Shown here: piece by piece, positions 17,962-27,602 of the stretch | Layout: each line of letters starts with the position of its first letter | Numbering within the stretch: the stretch's first letter is position 1 | IMG/VR virus record: IMGVR_UViG_3300020399_000005 | Span: 1-38,348 of that record | Source: a virus | Taxonomy: Duplodnaviria; Caudoviricetes | Length of the DNA stretch: 38,348 bases | Direction: 5' to 3' (one strand) | Notes under the pieces: generated by a model | Database searches by the model: none | Told to the model about the DNA's origin: nothing | The model's input: the letters and a program-made list of their open reading frames with translations, nothing else | Translations under genes and position numbers: made by a program

Positions 17962-20900
17962 ATGGCAGTCTCAGATTCTTCTCCATTCAAATACAATCCT
18001 CAGAACATCAAAAAAGGTGTCATAACTCCTCAGCTAACTAAAAAGCTTCTAAACCGAAATGACATGTATAAGGGTTTGGGGTTGGGTGCTGACACAGAGG
18101 TAGCTAAGACTTCTCCTATTCCTGCCAATACGTTTAATCCGTGGGGTCGAGTAACACGTCCTGATGTGCCTGAGAGGGAAGAAAACGCTATCTTCAATAT
18201 CCCTATCTTGGGACCTGCTCTGGATCTTTTAGATACTCCTGGGGCGATAGTCAGATCGACTGTTAAAGAGATTGGGGATATTTTTGCGGAGGATGAAAGT
18301 TTCTCTATTGGTGAGTGGTGGAAGCAGGCTGGTGACAACATCTTTATGGGTGAGGTGTTGCGTGATTGGGGAGTTGATCTTCCTGGGCCTCTGGATTTTG
18401 CTCTTGGGTTGACGTTGGATATTGCGTTTGATCCTTTGACGTATATGTTGCCGTTGGGTGCGTGGGCACGGGTGGCGACTAAGCCGCAGATGCTAAAACA
18501 TCTGACGGACGTTGCGACTGCGGCAAGATTTGGCAAAGTCAAAGACATAGCCAAAGCGGAACGAATGGAAGCCGCAATCAAACGGGTGGGGGATAGAGGC
18601 ATCTTTGCTGCAGGCAAAGATGTTCTCACAGAACTTGGTTTACCTACCGCAATGAAGTTCTCTATGCCCCTGACGGGTCGCATGGGGCGTGGCATATTTG
18701 AGCGTCCCTTGCGGAACGTTCCTGGGGTTGGCCCCAAGTTTGCTGCTTGGGCCAACAAGAAACGTGTGGGTCAACTTAAACCTGTCAATACTGAACTGTT
18801 GCAGGTAGCGAAACCTCTTAAAGCTTTATCAGAAGAAGCCATACAGACCAGGGTGTTGAAAGCTGTTCAACAGTTGGACGCAGCTAAAGGCGCTGGGAAG
18901 ACAAAACAAGTTATAGACCGAACCATTAAGCGTGCCCCCAAGACTGGGCAGCAGGTTATATCCGCTGCCCAAAAAGCGATGCGGATGCCTATCGAGCTAC
19001 CGTTCAAGATTCCCTACGGTTATGCTGCCTTAGCTGCAGTCGCTGGGGTCCCTGGGCGAGCCATGGGGGAAGCCCAGAAGTTCAAGATGATGAATACGTT
19101 GAGTAAGGGCTTGTCTACTCGTTTCGCTCTTAATCAAATGTACCGTTCTGGCAATGTTCTCGATATCCAAAACGCTTTGCATTTGGAAGGCGCAGGTGCT
19201 CGGGCCAATATTTTGGCAGGGACATTCGGCCTTAAACACACAGAAGCGCTTAATGTTGTGGTCGCAGAGGCCCGAGCGCTAGATGCTGGTGATCTTAGCT
19301 TTGACGCTATCTTTCGTGCAGGTAATGAACAGATGGGAACTGTAGCAGCGGGCGAATTGAATCCGCTGTATGGCCCCAAAGCTACGGGTGGTGATCTGGA
19401 AGTTCAGGCTGTTGTCAAAAAATTGCAGACATGGTTTAAGAATGTCTTGGAGGATTACAATAAGTCGCTTCCGTGGACTGAAGATCTTCCAGCTTTACTT
19501 TCCGAGATGTATGTCACCCGTCAGATCGGTAGGAAACAGCGCCCGTTGGTAGCGAAAAACCCGAATAGTGTGAGGCTTGACGAGTTTGGTCCTGAGCTTT
19601 CTGGAAGCCCGTTTGCGAACCGTGAACTTTCTCTTCCTGACGAAATTCTTGTTCACTGGGAAAACGGTAACATTCTGCAAGAAGACATCGCCAGGGTTGA
19701 AGAGTTGTACAAGGTGTCCTTCGAGGACGCTCTCAACTCTGGGTTACCTGTGCAGGTAACCACAGAGGATGGACGGATTCTTCGTTCTTCGTTTATGGGT
19801 GAAGGGTTTAAGCCTTACGATGCGGAGGGGGGTGGCAGTGTCCTCACCCAAATGGACAACATAGGTAAATCCCGAATGGGTGGAGACTACCAGCGGTTAT
19901 TTACGGACGATGCGTCCATTGCTTTGCCCCGTTATCTAGGGATGATGACATCAACGGTTCGAGCTAAGTCAATCGTTGATGACTTAGCTCAAGCTGGGAT
20001 CATTGTTAAAGGAAACGATAAAGGGTACATAAACAATTTTATAGGCAACAAAATTGCTAAAGGTATAAAGGACGCAAAAAAGTCACGTACCAAAGCGGAG
20101 AAGAAGAGGATTGCGTTAGAGAAGAGGATTGCTATTGAAGCAGAGGTTGTTGACAATTATGCGAGTGCCCCTGTTGATGAGTTGGTAGCTGCTCAACCGA
20201 GGAATCGAAAAGGGATTGGTCCTATTCGACGTGAAACGGCGGCAGCCGTTGATCAACTTGTCGAGTTGAAGCAGGGGATAGAGGATGTTGAGTCAGCGGC
20301 GATGGCGTTACGGGATGGCACTGCCGATCATTTGACTGAGGGTGGCAGAAGGATTCTTGAGTTTGGTCTACCTGAGCAGCCCAGGGTTGGAGGCAAGTTT
20401 GGTCCTAAGGCGAAGCCGCTTGGTCCTTCTGCCCGAGAGGCTAAAGCGCAAGCGAAGCGCGATGAAGCAGTACAGCCATTTCGCTTTGATAAGAAAGCAG
20501 GCTCGATCACCGAGGGGGATGTCGCCAGTGCTATGGAAGAACTGGTGCGGATTCGTAACGATATTGATATTGCTAGCCAGCAACACAAAGCTATCGTTGC
20601 CGAGATAGAGAAGAGACTTAGGTTCAGTCCCGAGTCTGCTGACTTCATAGCTGAAGTTGAAGCCCTCGGGGAATACTTGGTTCAGCAGGAAGAGTGGATT
20701 GAGTATTTAGCTCGGAATGCTTCACGTAACATGCAGGAGTTAAGTGCAAGTGTTCAAGGCGCTGAGATATTGGAGCGGTTGGGTAAAGGTGACTTCGGTG
20801 ATGTCACGTTCTTTAAGGCACATGTTTCTCACGCTCAGGAAAGGGCTGTAGATGTAGCTACCCAAAGGGTTAGGGACGCAGAAGAAGTGTTGACTCAGCG

Positions 20901-23900
20901 CCAACTGGTTGATGTCGATATTGGGGGCGGATCGGAAACTAAAGCTATTTGGAAGGCGTACACGGAAGCTAATCCTGGTTGGAACCGTAACACCACGATG
21001 AGTGCTGCGGTTTCGGGGAACAAGATTACTTTGAGAAACGTCGGTGAGCTTCAGTTGGAGCGCATCCAAAGATTCGCTAATGACTGGATTGCTCAAAGAG
21101 GCGGCACAGCCGTGTCTGACGGTATTCCGTTGCAGAAAGCTGGGAAGGAAGCTTCGACTTGGAGTGAGGCCCGCAACATGGGGGCCGAGAATTGGCCTGC
21201 TAAGGGTGTTGACGAGATTAACGAGTTGATAGCTGAGGAGTTGGGTGCTGGGTCAGTGGTGAAGTTTTCCACTGGACCTCAGAAGGGTGTGGGTGCTACT
21301 GGGGGCAAGATTCGTTCTACTGATGGAAGTTTAACTGAGCATAGCGGGGAATTCGTTATCAGAAAAAAGTCTGATGTGGAGTGGGTTGTTGATGTTGACG
21401 GTACCGAGATTCCCATAACTGGTCCTCGTGCTTCGGAAACCACTGGGGGGAATGCTGGGGAGCAGGGTCTTGTCTTGTGGCTTCCTCGTCAACAGCGGTC
21501 AATCTATTTTAATCCCACGCCACGTTCTGGTGTGTATGCCCAGAACGTGCCTAAGGCAGCTAACAAGCAGCAACTAGGTGCAGCTAGAGCGTTTGGTAGA
21601 AGAATTGACAATGCTTTAGACGAGCGAATGGAACATGTGCTCGATGCACAAGAACAAGTGGGGAAAGAAAAAGCTCGACTGCTAGATGCAAATAAGGCGC
21701 TTCAGAAGGAATACACCCTGAACGTGGTTGAGTCTTTCAACATGCTTCAATATTCCAGTACGGCGGCACGAGAAGCTGCTCCTGCTCAAGAGGTAATCGA
21801 AAGGGTTGTTGTTCGTATACCTCCCCCTGGTCGGCAGACTATTCCAGAGCCAAGGGTTGGGCCACATGTGTCGTCTGTATCTTCGAGGGACCCGAATGTG
21901 CCGATGTGGGGCACCAGTGAGGGTGGGGTGCATCGCTTGGGTGGCAACAGGATTGAGGTTGATGGACCTAACGGACGTAGGATCGTTTTGGAAGGTGATG
22001 AGGCTAGAGAATATCTTCGTACACGAAAGGCAACGCCTACTGGTCCTCGCGCATTGCCCGAGGTGACGCCACAACCAACGCCAACCCTCAGATCTCCAGA
22101 GGTTTATGAGCGGGATGTCTTTGCTGTAAATACGCAAAGCGATGACTTGTGGATTTACGCTGATGAGGGAGCTACCCCGACTGAATGGACGGGTCGGTTT
22201 GACGCTGAGGACAGGGGTCCTAGCTCAGAGTTGTCGAGGGGTACGAATGCAGACCGTGACGTAATATTGGTACGCCCTACGGGGGAAATACACACAGCGA
22301 CAAGTGGTGAAGTGTTCCGTGTCTATGAACCAGTCAATCTAGAGCCAACTATTCCCGTGCGACGCAGGGCAGGTAGCTCCAGAAGGGTTAGCGACTGGGA
22401 CCTTAAGGAGTCGGTCGCTAGTGGGGGCAAAGTCGAGTTCGATGCCGCTGGCGAGGCAGTGGTTACGGAACAGAATTTCCAGAAGGGTCGCTCCGCTAAT
22501 CGCCAGTTCCGTGCCCGTGAGCAACAAAATCATTGGGCGCTCTTGGATGAGGATGGGGTGATAGAGGCTCTAGAGTCTGGGACGTATGTCGCACCTCCAC
22601 CGAAGATGAGTAGACGTACCAGTGGTGCGGAACAAGCGAAAGCAGAACAGATCTTTAGATCTGAGCCTTACAGGCAATGGATCGAAAGGGTTCAGGAAGT
22701 ACAGAAACTACAAACAGAGTTGTTTGAAGCTGAGAAGTTTCTCATTGGTTCGCTCAACGAACCTCTGTCTGTCATTCAGAATCGTATGCTTCGCTATAAC
22801 CATGCAGCTAAGAAGCTTTATGAAGCCAAGATCAATACTCTTAATGATCAGATTGCTGCTGGGGTCAAGGGGAAACATGGGGCTGTTAGGAACCAAGAGA
22901 CGGTTAAGCAGCTTGAGTTCAGTAAACAAGCTTTAGAGGAACAGGTTGTAGCTGCCAACGAAGAGTTGGCTCGCATACGTCAGTGGTTGCAGGCAAACGT
23001 CCCTAAACATACGAATGCACAAGGAAATATCACAAAGATTACAGAGGGTGAGATGGCTGTGGTTCTGCAGACCATTGACCAGCAAAGCAAAGTGGTCAAC
23101 GATTTTGTGCGTCAGGTTGAGAAAGCTATCACTGACGTTAAAGCGGGTACTGTGACGAAGATTGACTATGCGGAGTCACAGAAAGAAGCTTTGAAAGTTT
23201 TGAATAACGCTCGTGCCCAACACACTCTTGGTGCTGTCCACGAGCAGCATGTGGGTGAGTATCTGATTCAAAGCGGTGGGTTTGGTAAGAGCGGTGAGAT
23301 ATCGTCTAGAACGAAACGGCATCTGAGTGGCTATCGGCTTGTTAATGCTGGTGATGAGAGTGCCGAATTGTTTGAGGCTGCGTTTGAGTCGATAGCTAGG
23401 CTTCGTAATCCCGTCGAAACCAAGGCTTGGATGCGTAACTACAACACGTTTGTGAATTATTGGAAAGCTCAGGCTGTTGCTACGACTGGTTTCGTGTACC
23501 GAAACTTGATGGGTGGAACTTGGATCAATAACCAGATGGCTGGTGTTCCTGTAAGTCTGCATATGCGTGTGGATCTCATGCGAAAGAAAGCTTTGAAAGC
23601 CGCAGAGGACGCTGGTCGTCCTCGCGACGTGGCGTACGGTGCGAGGCTGATCGCTAAGGAAGGTAAGAAAGTACCGATTGGTCATGGTTTGGGTCGGGCT
23701 GAACCTCACGAGTGGAATGTGATGGCTGATTGGGCTGAGACTGGTATGGCTAATACTGGTATCACTTCCATGGAAGTTAAGAACGCTGTTAATGAGACTG
23801 GTGGTTCTCTTGTCGAGCATATGAAGACGGCGAAGGCTTGGAAGCCTTGGAGTTCAGAAAACATTCTGTTTACTTCGATTGGTCGTTTGAATCAGCGAGC

Positions 23901-24741
23901 AGAGTTCACTCTTCGTGGAGCTTTAGCCCATCACATTATGATGGGCGGGGGAAGCCCTGGAGAGGCTTTAGCTGCGGTTTACAAGTATCACTTTGATTAC
24001 ACGAACCTGACCCACATGGATCAGAAGATGAAAATGGTTGTTCCATTCTGGACGTGGCAGAAAAACATTATCCCTGTCCTGATTGAGTCGTTGGGAAAGA
24101 AACCAGAGGCGTGGAATCGGATTGTGCAGGTCAAAGGTGAGCTTGAACTGACTTCGGAAAGAGAAGGAATTGTTCCTGATTACTTCGGGGAGAACATGGG
24201 GATCAGGTTGCCATTCCAAAGCGACGGCAACCGTGTGTATGCCTTACCTGATCTTCCATTTAAGGACCTTGCCCGCTATTTGAAGACGCCTTCTTCTCCT
24301 GCGAGAGGTTTGATTGAGAGTGCGTTGCCGTTCTACAAGTTACCTATCGAGTTGTGGGCGGGGAAACGCACGTTCGCTGACATCCCGTTCACTGGGAGGT
24401 ACCAGCAGGTACCTCATGCGATGGAGAAGCTTCCTGGGTTTATGCCCCTTATGTCTGCTTTCGGTCAGGCAGAAAAAAATAAGCGTGGCGAGTGGAAGAT
24501 GAGGGATCAAACAATTTATGTTGTCGAACAGGCCATGCCTCTTCTCGGCAGGATGCGTCGTTTGATACCCAACGAGGATGCTAAACAGAAAAGACTTATG
24601 ACCACATATTTCTCTACGCTCTTCGGTTTGGGTTTGAGGACTAACACTCCGCAGGAGAAACGTAACCAGCTAATCAAAGATAAGATTAAACACTCGCAGG
24701 ATCAGCGAGATCGAGTAGACATAGAGACTAGGAAAGTATAG
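17962..24741 (+). CDS. large internal virion / polyvalent protein (2259 aa)
   Basis: size and position; C-terminal GFVYRNLMG and YHFDYTNLT...VVPFWTWQKNIIP motifs typical of large podovirus ejection proteins. Confidence 0.7.
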   Translation: MAVSDSSPFKYNPQNIKKGVITPQLTKKLLNRNDMYKGLGLGADTEVAKTSPIPANTFNPWGRVTRPDVPEREENAIFNIPILGPALDLLDTPGAIVRSTVKEIGDIFAEDESFSIGEWWKQAGDNIFMGEVLRDWGVDLPGPLDFALGLTLDIAFDPLTYMLPLGAWARVATKPQMLKHLTDVATAARFGKVKDIAKAERMEAAIKRVGDRGIFAAGKDVLTELGLPTAMKFSMPLTGRMGRGIFERPLRNVPGVGPKFAAWANKKRVGQLKPVNTELLQVAKPLKALSEEAIQTRVLKAVQQLDAAKGAGKTKQVIDRTIKRAPKTGQQVISAAQKAMRMPIELPFKIPYGYAALAAVAGVPGRAMGEAQKFKMMNTLSKGLSTRFALNQMYRSGNVLDIQNALHLEGAGARANILAGTFGLKHTEALNVVVAEARALDAGDLSFDAIFRAGNEQMGTVAAGELNPLYGPKATGGDLEVQAVVKKLQTWFKNVLEDYNKSLPWTEDLPALLSEMYVTRQIGRKQRPLVAKNPNSVRLDEFGPELSGSPFANRELSLPDEILVHWENGNILQEDIARVEELYKVSFEDALNSGLPVQVTTEDGRILRSSFMGEGFKPYDAEGGGSVLTQMDNIGKSRMGGDYQRLFTDDASIALPRYLGMMTSTVRAKSIVDDLAQAGIIVKGNDKGYINNFIGNKIAKGIKDAKKSRTKAEKKRIALEKRIAIEAEVVDNYASAPVDELVAAQPRNRKGIGPIRRETAAAVDQLVELKQGIEDVESAAMALRDGTADHLTEGGRRILEFGLPEQPRVGGKFGPKAKPLGPSAREAKAQAKRDEAVQPFRFDKKAGSITEGDVASAMEELVRIRNDIDIASQQHKAIVAEIEKRLRFSPESADFIAEVEALGEYLVQQEEWIEYLARNASRNMQELSASVQGAEILERLGKGDFGDVTFFKAHVSHAQERAVDVATQRVRDAEEVLTQRQLVDVDIGGGSETKAIWKAYTEANPGWNRNTTMSAAVSGNKITLRNVGELQLERIQRFANDWIAQRGGTAVSDGIPLQKAGKEASTWSEARNMGAENWPAKGVDEINELIAEELGAGSVVKFSTGPQKGVGATGGKIRSTDGSLTEHSGEFVIRKKSDVEWVVDVDGTEIPITGPRASETTGGNAGEQGLVLWLPRQQRSIYFNPTPRSGVYAQNVPKAANKQQLGAARAFGRRIDNALDERMEHVLDAQEQVGKEKARLLDANKALQKEYTLNVVESFNMLQYSSTAAREAAPAQEVIERVVVRIPPPGRQTIPEPRVGPHVSSVSSRDPNVPMWGTSEGGVHRLGGNRIEVDGPNGRRIVLEGDEAREYLRTRKATPTGPRALPEVTPQPTPTLRSPEVYERDVFAVNTQSDDLWIYADEGATPTEWTGRFDAEDRGPSSELSRGTNADRDVILVRPTGEIHTATSGEVFRVYEPVNLEPTIPVRRRAGSSRRVSDWDLKESVASGGKVEFDAAGEAVVTEQNFQKGRSANRQFRAREQQNHWALLDEDGVIEALESGTYVAPPPKMSRRTSGAEQAKAEQIFRSEPYRQWIERVQEVQKLQTELFEAEKFLIGSLNEPLSVIQNRMLRYNHAAKKLYEAKINTLNDQIAAGVKGKHGAVRNQETVKQLEFSKQALEEQVVAANEELARIRQWLQANVPKHTNAQGNITKITEGEMAVVLQTIDQQSKVVNDFVRQVEKAITDVKAGTVTKIDYAESQKEALKVLNNARAQHTLGAVHEQHVGEYLIQSGGFGKSGEISSRTKRHLSGYRLVNAGDESAELFEAAFESIARLRNPVETKAWMRNYNTFVNYWKAQAVATTGFVYRNLMGGTWINNQMAGVPVSLHMRVDLMRKKALKAAEDAGRPRDVAYGARLIAKEGKKVPIGHGLGRAEPHEWNVMADWAETGMANTGITSMEVKNAVNETGGSLVEHMKTAKAWKPWSSENILFTSIGRLNQRAEFTLRGALAHHIMMGGGSPGEALAAVYKYHFDYTNLTHMDQKMKMVVPFWTWQKNIIPVLIESLGKKPEAWNRIVQVKGELELTSEREGIVPDYFGENMGIRLPFQSDGNRVYALPDLPFKDLARYLKTPSSPARGLIESALPFYKLPIELWAGKRTFADIPFTGRYQQVPHAMEKLPGFMPLMSAFGQAEKNKRGEWKMRDQTIYVVEQAMPLLGRMRRLIPNEDAKQKRLMTTYFSTLFGLGLRTNTPQEKRNQLIKDKIKHSQDQRDRVDIETRKV

Positions 24742-24749
24742 TTATAGTT

Positions 24750-25541
24750 ATGCGTACCATTATTTCGCGGCAAGGATGGGATGCGCGACCTCCTAAGAAA
24801 CCTTTCACGCAACTGAAGAAGTGGCGTGTCCAGGGAATCGTGTTGCATCACAGTGGAGTGAAGGAAGCTCCTAAAGGTATCGCTGCATTGAAAGCTTTTG
24901 AGCGTTATCACATGGACTCTCGGGGCTGGAACGCTATTGCCTATAACTGGCTGGTTGACCCTGAGGGGGTCATCTATGCGGGAAGAGGAGCAGGAATTGT
25001 TTCAGGTGCTACGAAGGGCTGGAATAGCCGCACTGAATCGGTTTGTTACACGGGTTGGGGATTTGTCGAAGTTCCACAGGCCGCAAGGGAATCCATTCGG
25101 TGGCTGATAGGTGATATCCAGAGCAGGTATGACGACAAGCTGTGGGTGAAGGGTCATAGGGATCTGGGTAATTCAACGTGTCCTGGCAACTGGTTGTATG
25201 ACTGGTTGGTTTCAGGTATGCCTATGCCGTTAGGTGATCCCAACACTATTGACTGGGATGGAATCAAAGCTCACGTTGACAGGCTCAGAGAGACAATTTC
25301 ACACTCTCCGCTATCCCTGGTCAAGAGAAGTCGCGGAGAGGCCGTACGGGCCGTCCAGGAGCGTCTGAGCGACCTTGGCTTCGACCCTGGCGGGGTCGAT
25401 GGTATCTGGGGAAGAAAGAGTGCTAAAGCCACCAAAGATTTCCAAAAAGCTTTTGAAGCTTTCTTAAAAGTCGATGGCGTTGTTGGCTTACAAACATGGG
25501 ATGCATTATTCGGTGGTTGGGCCACGACAGCTTTTATATAG
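24750..25541 (+). CDS. endolysin: PGRP/Amidase_2 plus peptidoglycan-binding domain
   Basis: IISRQGWDA, VLHHS, IAYNWLV, GHRD...TCPG zinc-amidase motifs; C-terminal VDGIWG...FQ...VDGVVG..TW. Confidence 0.9.
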   Translation: MRTIISRQGWDARPPKKPFTQLKKWRVQGIVLHHSGVKEAPKGIAALKAFERYHMDSRGWNAIAYNWLVDPEGVIYAGRGAGIVSGATKGWNSRTESVCYTGWGFVEVPQAARESIRWLIGDIQSRYDDKLWVKGHRDLGNSTCPGNWLYDWLVSGMPMPLGDPNTIDWDGIKAHVDRLRETISHSPLSLVKRSRGEAVRAVQERLSDLGFDPGGVDGIWGRKSAKATKDFQKAFEAFLKVDGVVGLQTWDALFGGWATTAFI

Positions 25542-25549
25542 GAGGACCG

Positions 25550-25702
25550 ATGAACGATCCGAACATGACAGGTACGTCTGAAAAGAAACTTGTCAAAGAA
25601 CCTGAAACAAACCACGGTAAAACACCCGCAGAGAACGCTAAGTTCTTGCGAGGAACTGGTTTAGGTAACCAATATCAGAACGGTCGGCCTTTCGGAAAGT
25701 AG
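25550..25702 (+). CDS. hypothetical small protein
   Basis: GGAGG SD before ATG 25550. Confidence 0.6.
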   Translation: MNDPNMTGTSEKKLVKEPETNHGKTPAENAKFLRGTGLGNQYQNGRPFGK

Positions 25703-25707
25703 GAGTC

Positions 25708-25899
25708 ATGACCGAAGTTTCTCAGAAAAATTTTAACTGGACAGACTGGATTGAGCGTTCCGTTTGGACAGCAGTCGAAGCGGGTTTAGCCGTAATGGTT
25801 GTCACCGATGTCAGCACATGGAAAGCGGCTGGAGCAGCAGCAATGGCCGCTGGCATTGCAGCAGCCAAAACTTTAGCTAAGGGCCGTCTGGGTCGGTGA
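25708..25899 (+). CDS. holin (r1t-like)
   Basis: 63 aa, two hydrophobic helices, ERSVWTAVEA motif, follows endolysin. Confidence 0.75.
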   Translation: MTEVSQKNFNWTDWIERSVWTAVEAGLAVMVVTDVSTWKAAGAAAMAAGIAAAKTLAKGRLGR

Positions 25900-25903
25900 C
25901 TCT

Positions 25904-26221
25904 GTGGACGAACAGTTCGAGGATAACTGGGCCAACTGGATGGCTGAAGAAGGTTTAGATTTAGAAGACTCAATTCATCACGAGCTTCTAGCCAACCGTC
26001 ATCTCATGGACATGAACGATGGCACCCATGGTACGTGGGTGGATGGTTCTCTTGGTGTCCTAATGGTTTTCGAGGCGGGAGAGGTCCAAGATTTACTTAC
26101 CGCTTGGGGCGAATCTCGTGAAGGAAACCTGATGAGTTTGTCTTCGATCATGCAATGGTTACAGCATCTCAGTCTGTTTCTTCAGGAGTGTGTGGACTCT
26201 CACGATACCCTGAACGAGTAA
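25904..26221 (+). CDS. hypothetical acidic protein
   Basis: last + strand ORF; 3' end overlaps the convergent gene by 53 nt. Confidence 0.6.
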   Translation: MDEQFEDNWANWMAEEGLDLEDSIHHELLANRHLMDMNDGTHGTWVDGSLGVLMVFEAGEVQDLLTAWGESREGNLMSLSSIMQWLQHLSLFLQECVDSHDTLNE

Positions 26222-26819
26222 ACAAGTACTCCCGCACCACCGCATGCCCCAACAGTCCCTCTCTTAATTTCTGAGCGAGTGAGTCACGCCTACGAGCCAA
26301 TGTGCTTTTAGGTATTTCGAGTACTCGTGACAGGAAGCGGAGAGACAACCCAACTTCGACAAGACAGTTATATAACCATTCTTCGTCTTCGGTGAGAGAG
26401 TCAAAGACCTCCTGCACGGCTGTGCGGAGGTCAGCAAGTTCGTTATTTTTTGTTTCCCAATCAGGATGAGGTTCCTGAAAGGGTCGGGTTTCCATTAAGG
26501 CACCCAACTCAGTTTCATGCCACGGAGTAAAAGTTCTACGGTTCTGAGGAGCGTGTTCGTAAAGAATAGGCGCTCGTAAATTTTCTCTTGGAAGCAGATT
26601 AGGTGGTGGCTTAAGGGCAGGAAGCTTCAGTTCCCTCATGGCCTCTATAAACTCAGCCCCACCAACTTCGTCAAAACCTGTGCCTGCTTTTCTTACGACA
26701 CCTGTGGTTTTTCTGCGTTCGTTACCAATCCATCGTCTAGCGGCTTCGTCGTACTCGTATTCTAATTCGTGTTCTTGATAGCCGTCGTCGTCGTCGTCTC
26801 CCAGATAGGGATCACGCAT
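26169..26819 (-). CDS. sigma-70 region 4-like HTH transcription regulator
   Basis: LRTAVQEVFDSLTEDEEWLY...GLSLRFLSRVLEIPKSTLARRRDSLAQKLR matches the sigma region 4 pattern. Confidence 0.7.
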   Translation of the reverse strand: MRDPYLGDDDDDGYQEHELEYEYDEAARRWIGNERRKTTGVVRKAGTGFDEVGGAEFIEAMRELKLPALKPPPNLLPRENLRAPILYEHAPQNRRTFTPWHETELGALMETRPFQEPHPDWETKNNELADLRTAVQEVFDSLTEDEEWLYNCLVEVGLSLRFLSRVLEIPKSTLARRRDSLAQKLREGLLGHAVVREYLFTRSGYRESPHTPEETD

Positions 26820-27261
26820 CGTTCCAAGGCAGAAGCTTGGAACTTACAGCAAAGTACGCTTTGCCTTCAGGGAACTTTCCCAAAGGTGCGTCTTCTTTAT
26901 TAATGATATTTACCATGTCTCTGTATCTAAGTTCCGCAAAGTTTTCTCTGGTTGAAGACCAGATCCACAACCATACATCTATCTCAGATGCATCCCACCA
27001 CTGTAACGCAGCAATCTTCTCAAGTTTGATCTTTAATGGAGTTTTACCCATGCCCATAACTTCTACCAGACGGACAGGATTACCTTGTAAATAGTCTGGG
27101 GTGTATCGGATGTGATGAGGAAGCCGATGCACTTGGAAGTCAGGACGGTTCAAACCGTACCTGACCCAAGCGGTGTTGTTCTTCTCGAAATGACTTTCAG
27201 CCTCATCACCCATCTGCGTGTAACGCTGCTGGTACGAACCTTGATGAAATGGTTGATTCAT
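26812..27261 (-). CDS. PD-(D/E)xK-like nuclease (T7 endonuclease I-like motif)
   Basis: RYTPDY...LVEVMG. Confidence 0.55.
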   Translation of the reverse strand: MNQPFHQGSYQQRYTQMGDEAESHFEKNNTAWVRYGLNRPDFQVHRLPHHIRYTPDYLQGNPVRLVEVMGMGKTPLKIKLEKIAALQWWDASEIDVWLWIWSSTRENFAELRYRDMVNIINKEDAPLGKFPEGKAYFAVSSKLLPWNDA

Positions 27262-27602
27262 TTCTTCTCCCCAATGATCCGATAAATTTGTAAGTCATCT
27301 CCATAAGCCACACCGTTGAGTGCGTCTTCGACAGCTTTCAAATAGTTCGTTGCGTCGCCACGCAACGGACATTTCTCAGCTTCATAAGGAGTGATGGTCA
27401 CTACTGTCTCATCGGCGGTCAACAAGCAATGCAATTCCACTGGCCCTTCAAACTTGGGGCCTTCATAGAGACTCTTTATGTGGTCCTCTCGTTCTCTGGT
27501 GCTCTTCGGAGTGTAAGTACGACCGCTCTTTGTGAAGCGAGGTCGCCCTTTCACTTTGGGTTTGCCAGGGATCGTGAACGTATAAGAGTCAGGTTGTTGC
27601 AT
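27258..27602 (-). CDS. rusA: RusA-family Holliday junction resolvase
   Basis: FTIPGKPKVKGRPRF...YTPK, GDATNYLKAVEDALNGVAYGDDLQI. Confidence 0.85.
   Translation of the reverse strand: MQQPDSYTFTIPGKPKVKGRPRFTKSGRTYTPKSTREREDHIKSLYEGPKFEGPVELHCLLTADETVVTITPYEAEKCPLRGDATNYLKAVEDALNGVAYGDDLQIYRIIGEKK

Noticed and set aside
18030-24219. Long antisense ORFs (e.g. 18030-18758, 23176-23820) inside the large virion gene
   Set aside because: Shadow ORFs of a long coding frame with no protein-like motifs.
17962-24741. N4-like virion RNA polymerase using the hairpins as promoters
   Set aside because: No recognisable single-subunit RNAP motifs; the wobble pattern favours folding of the non-template strand, and host-type promoters are present.
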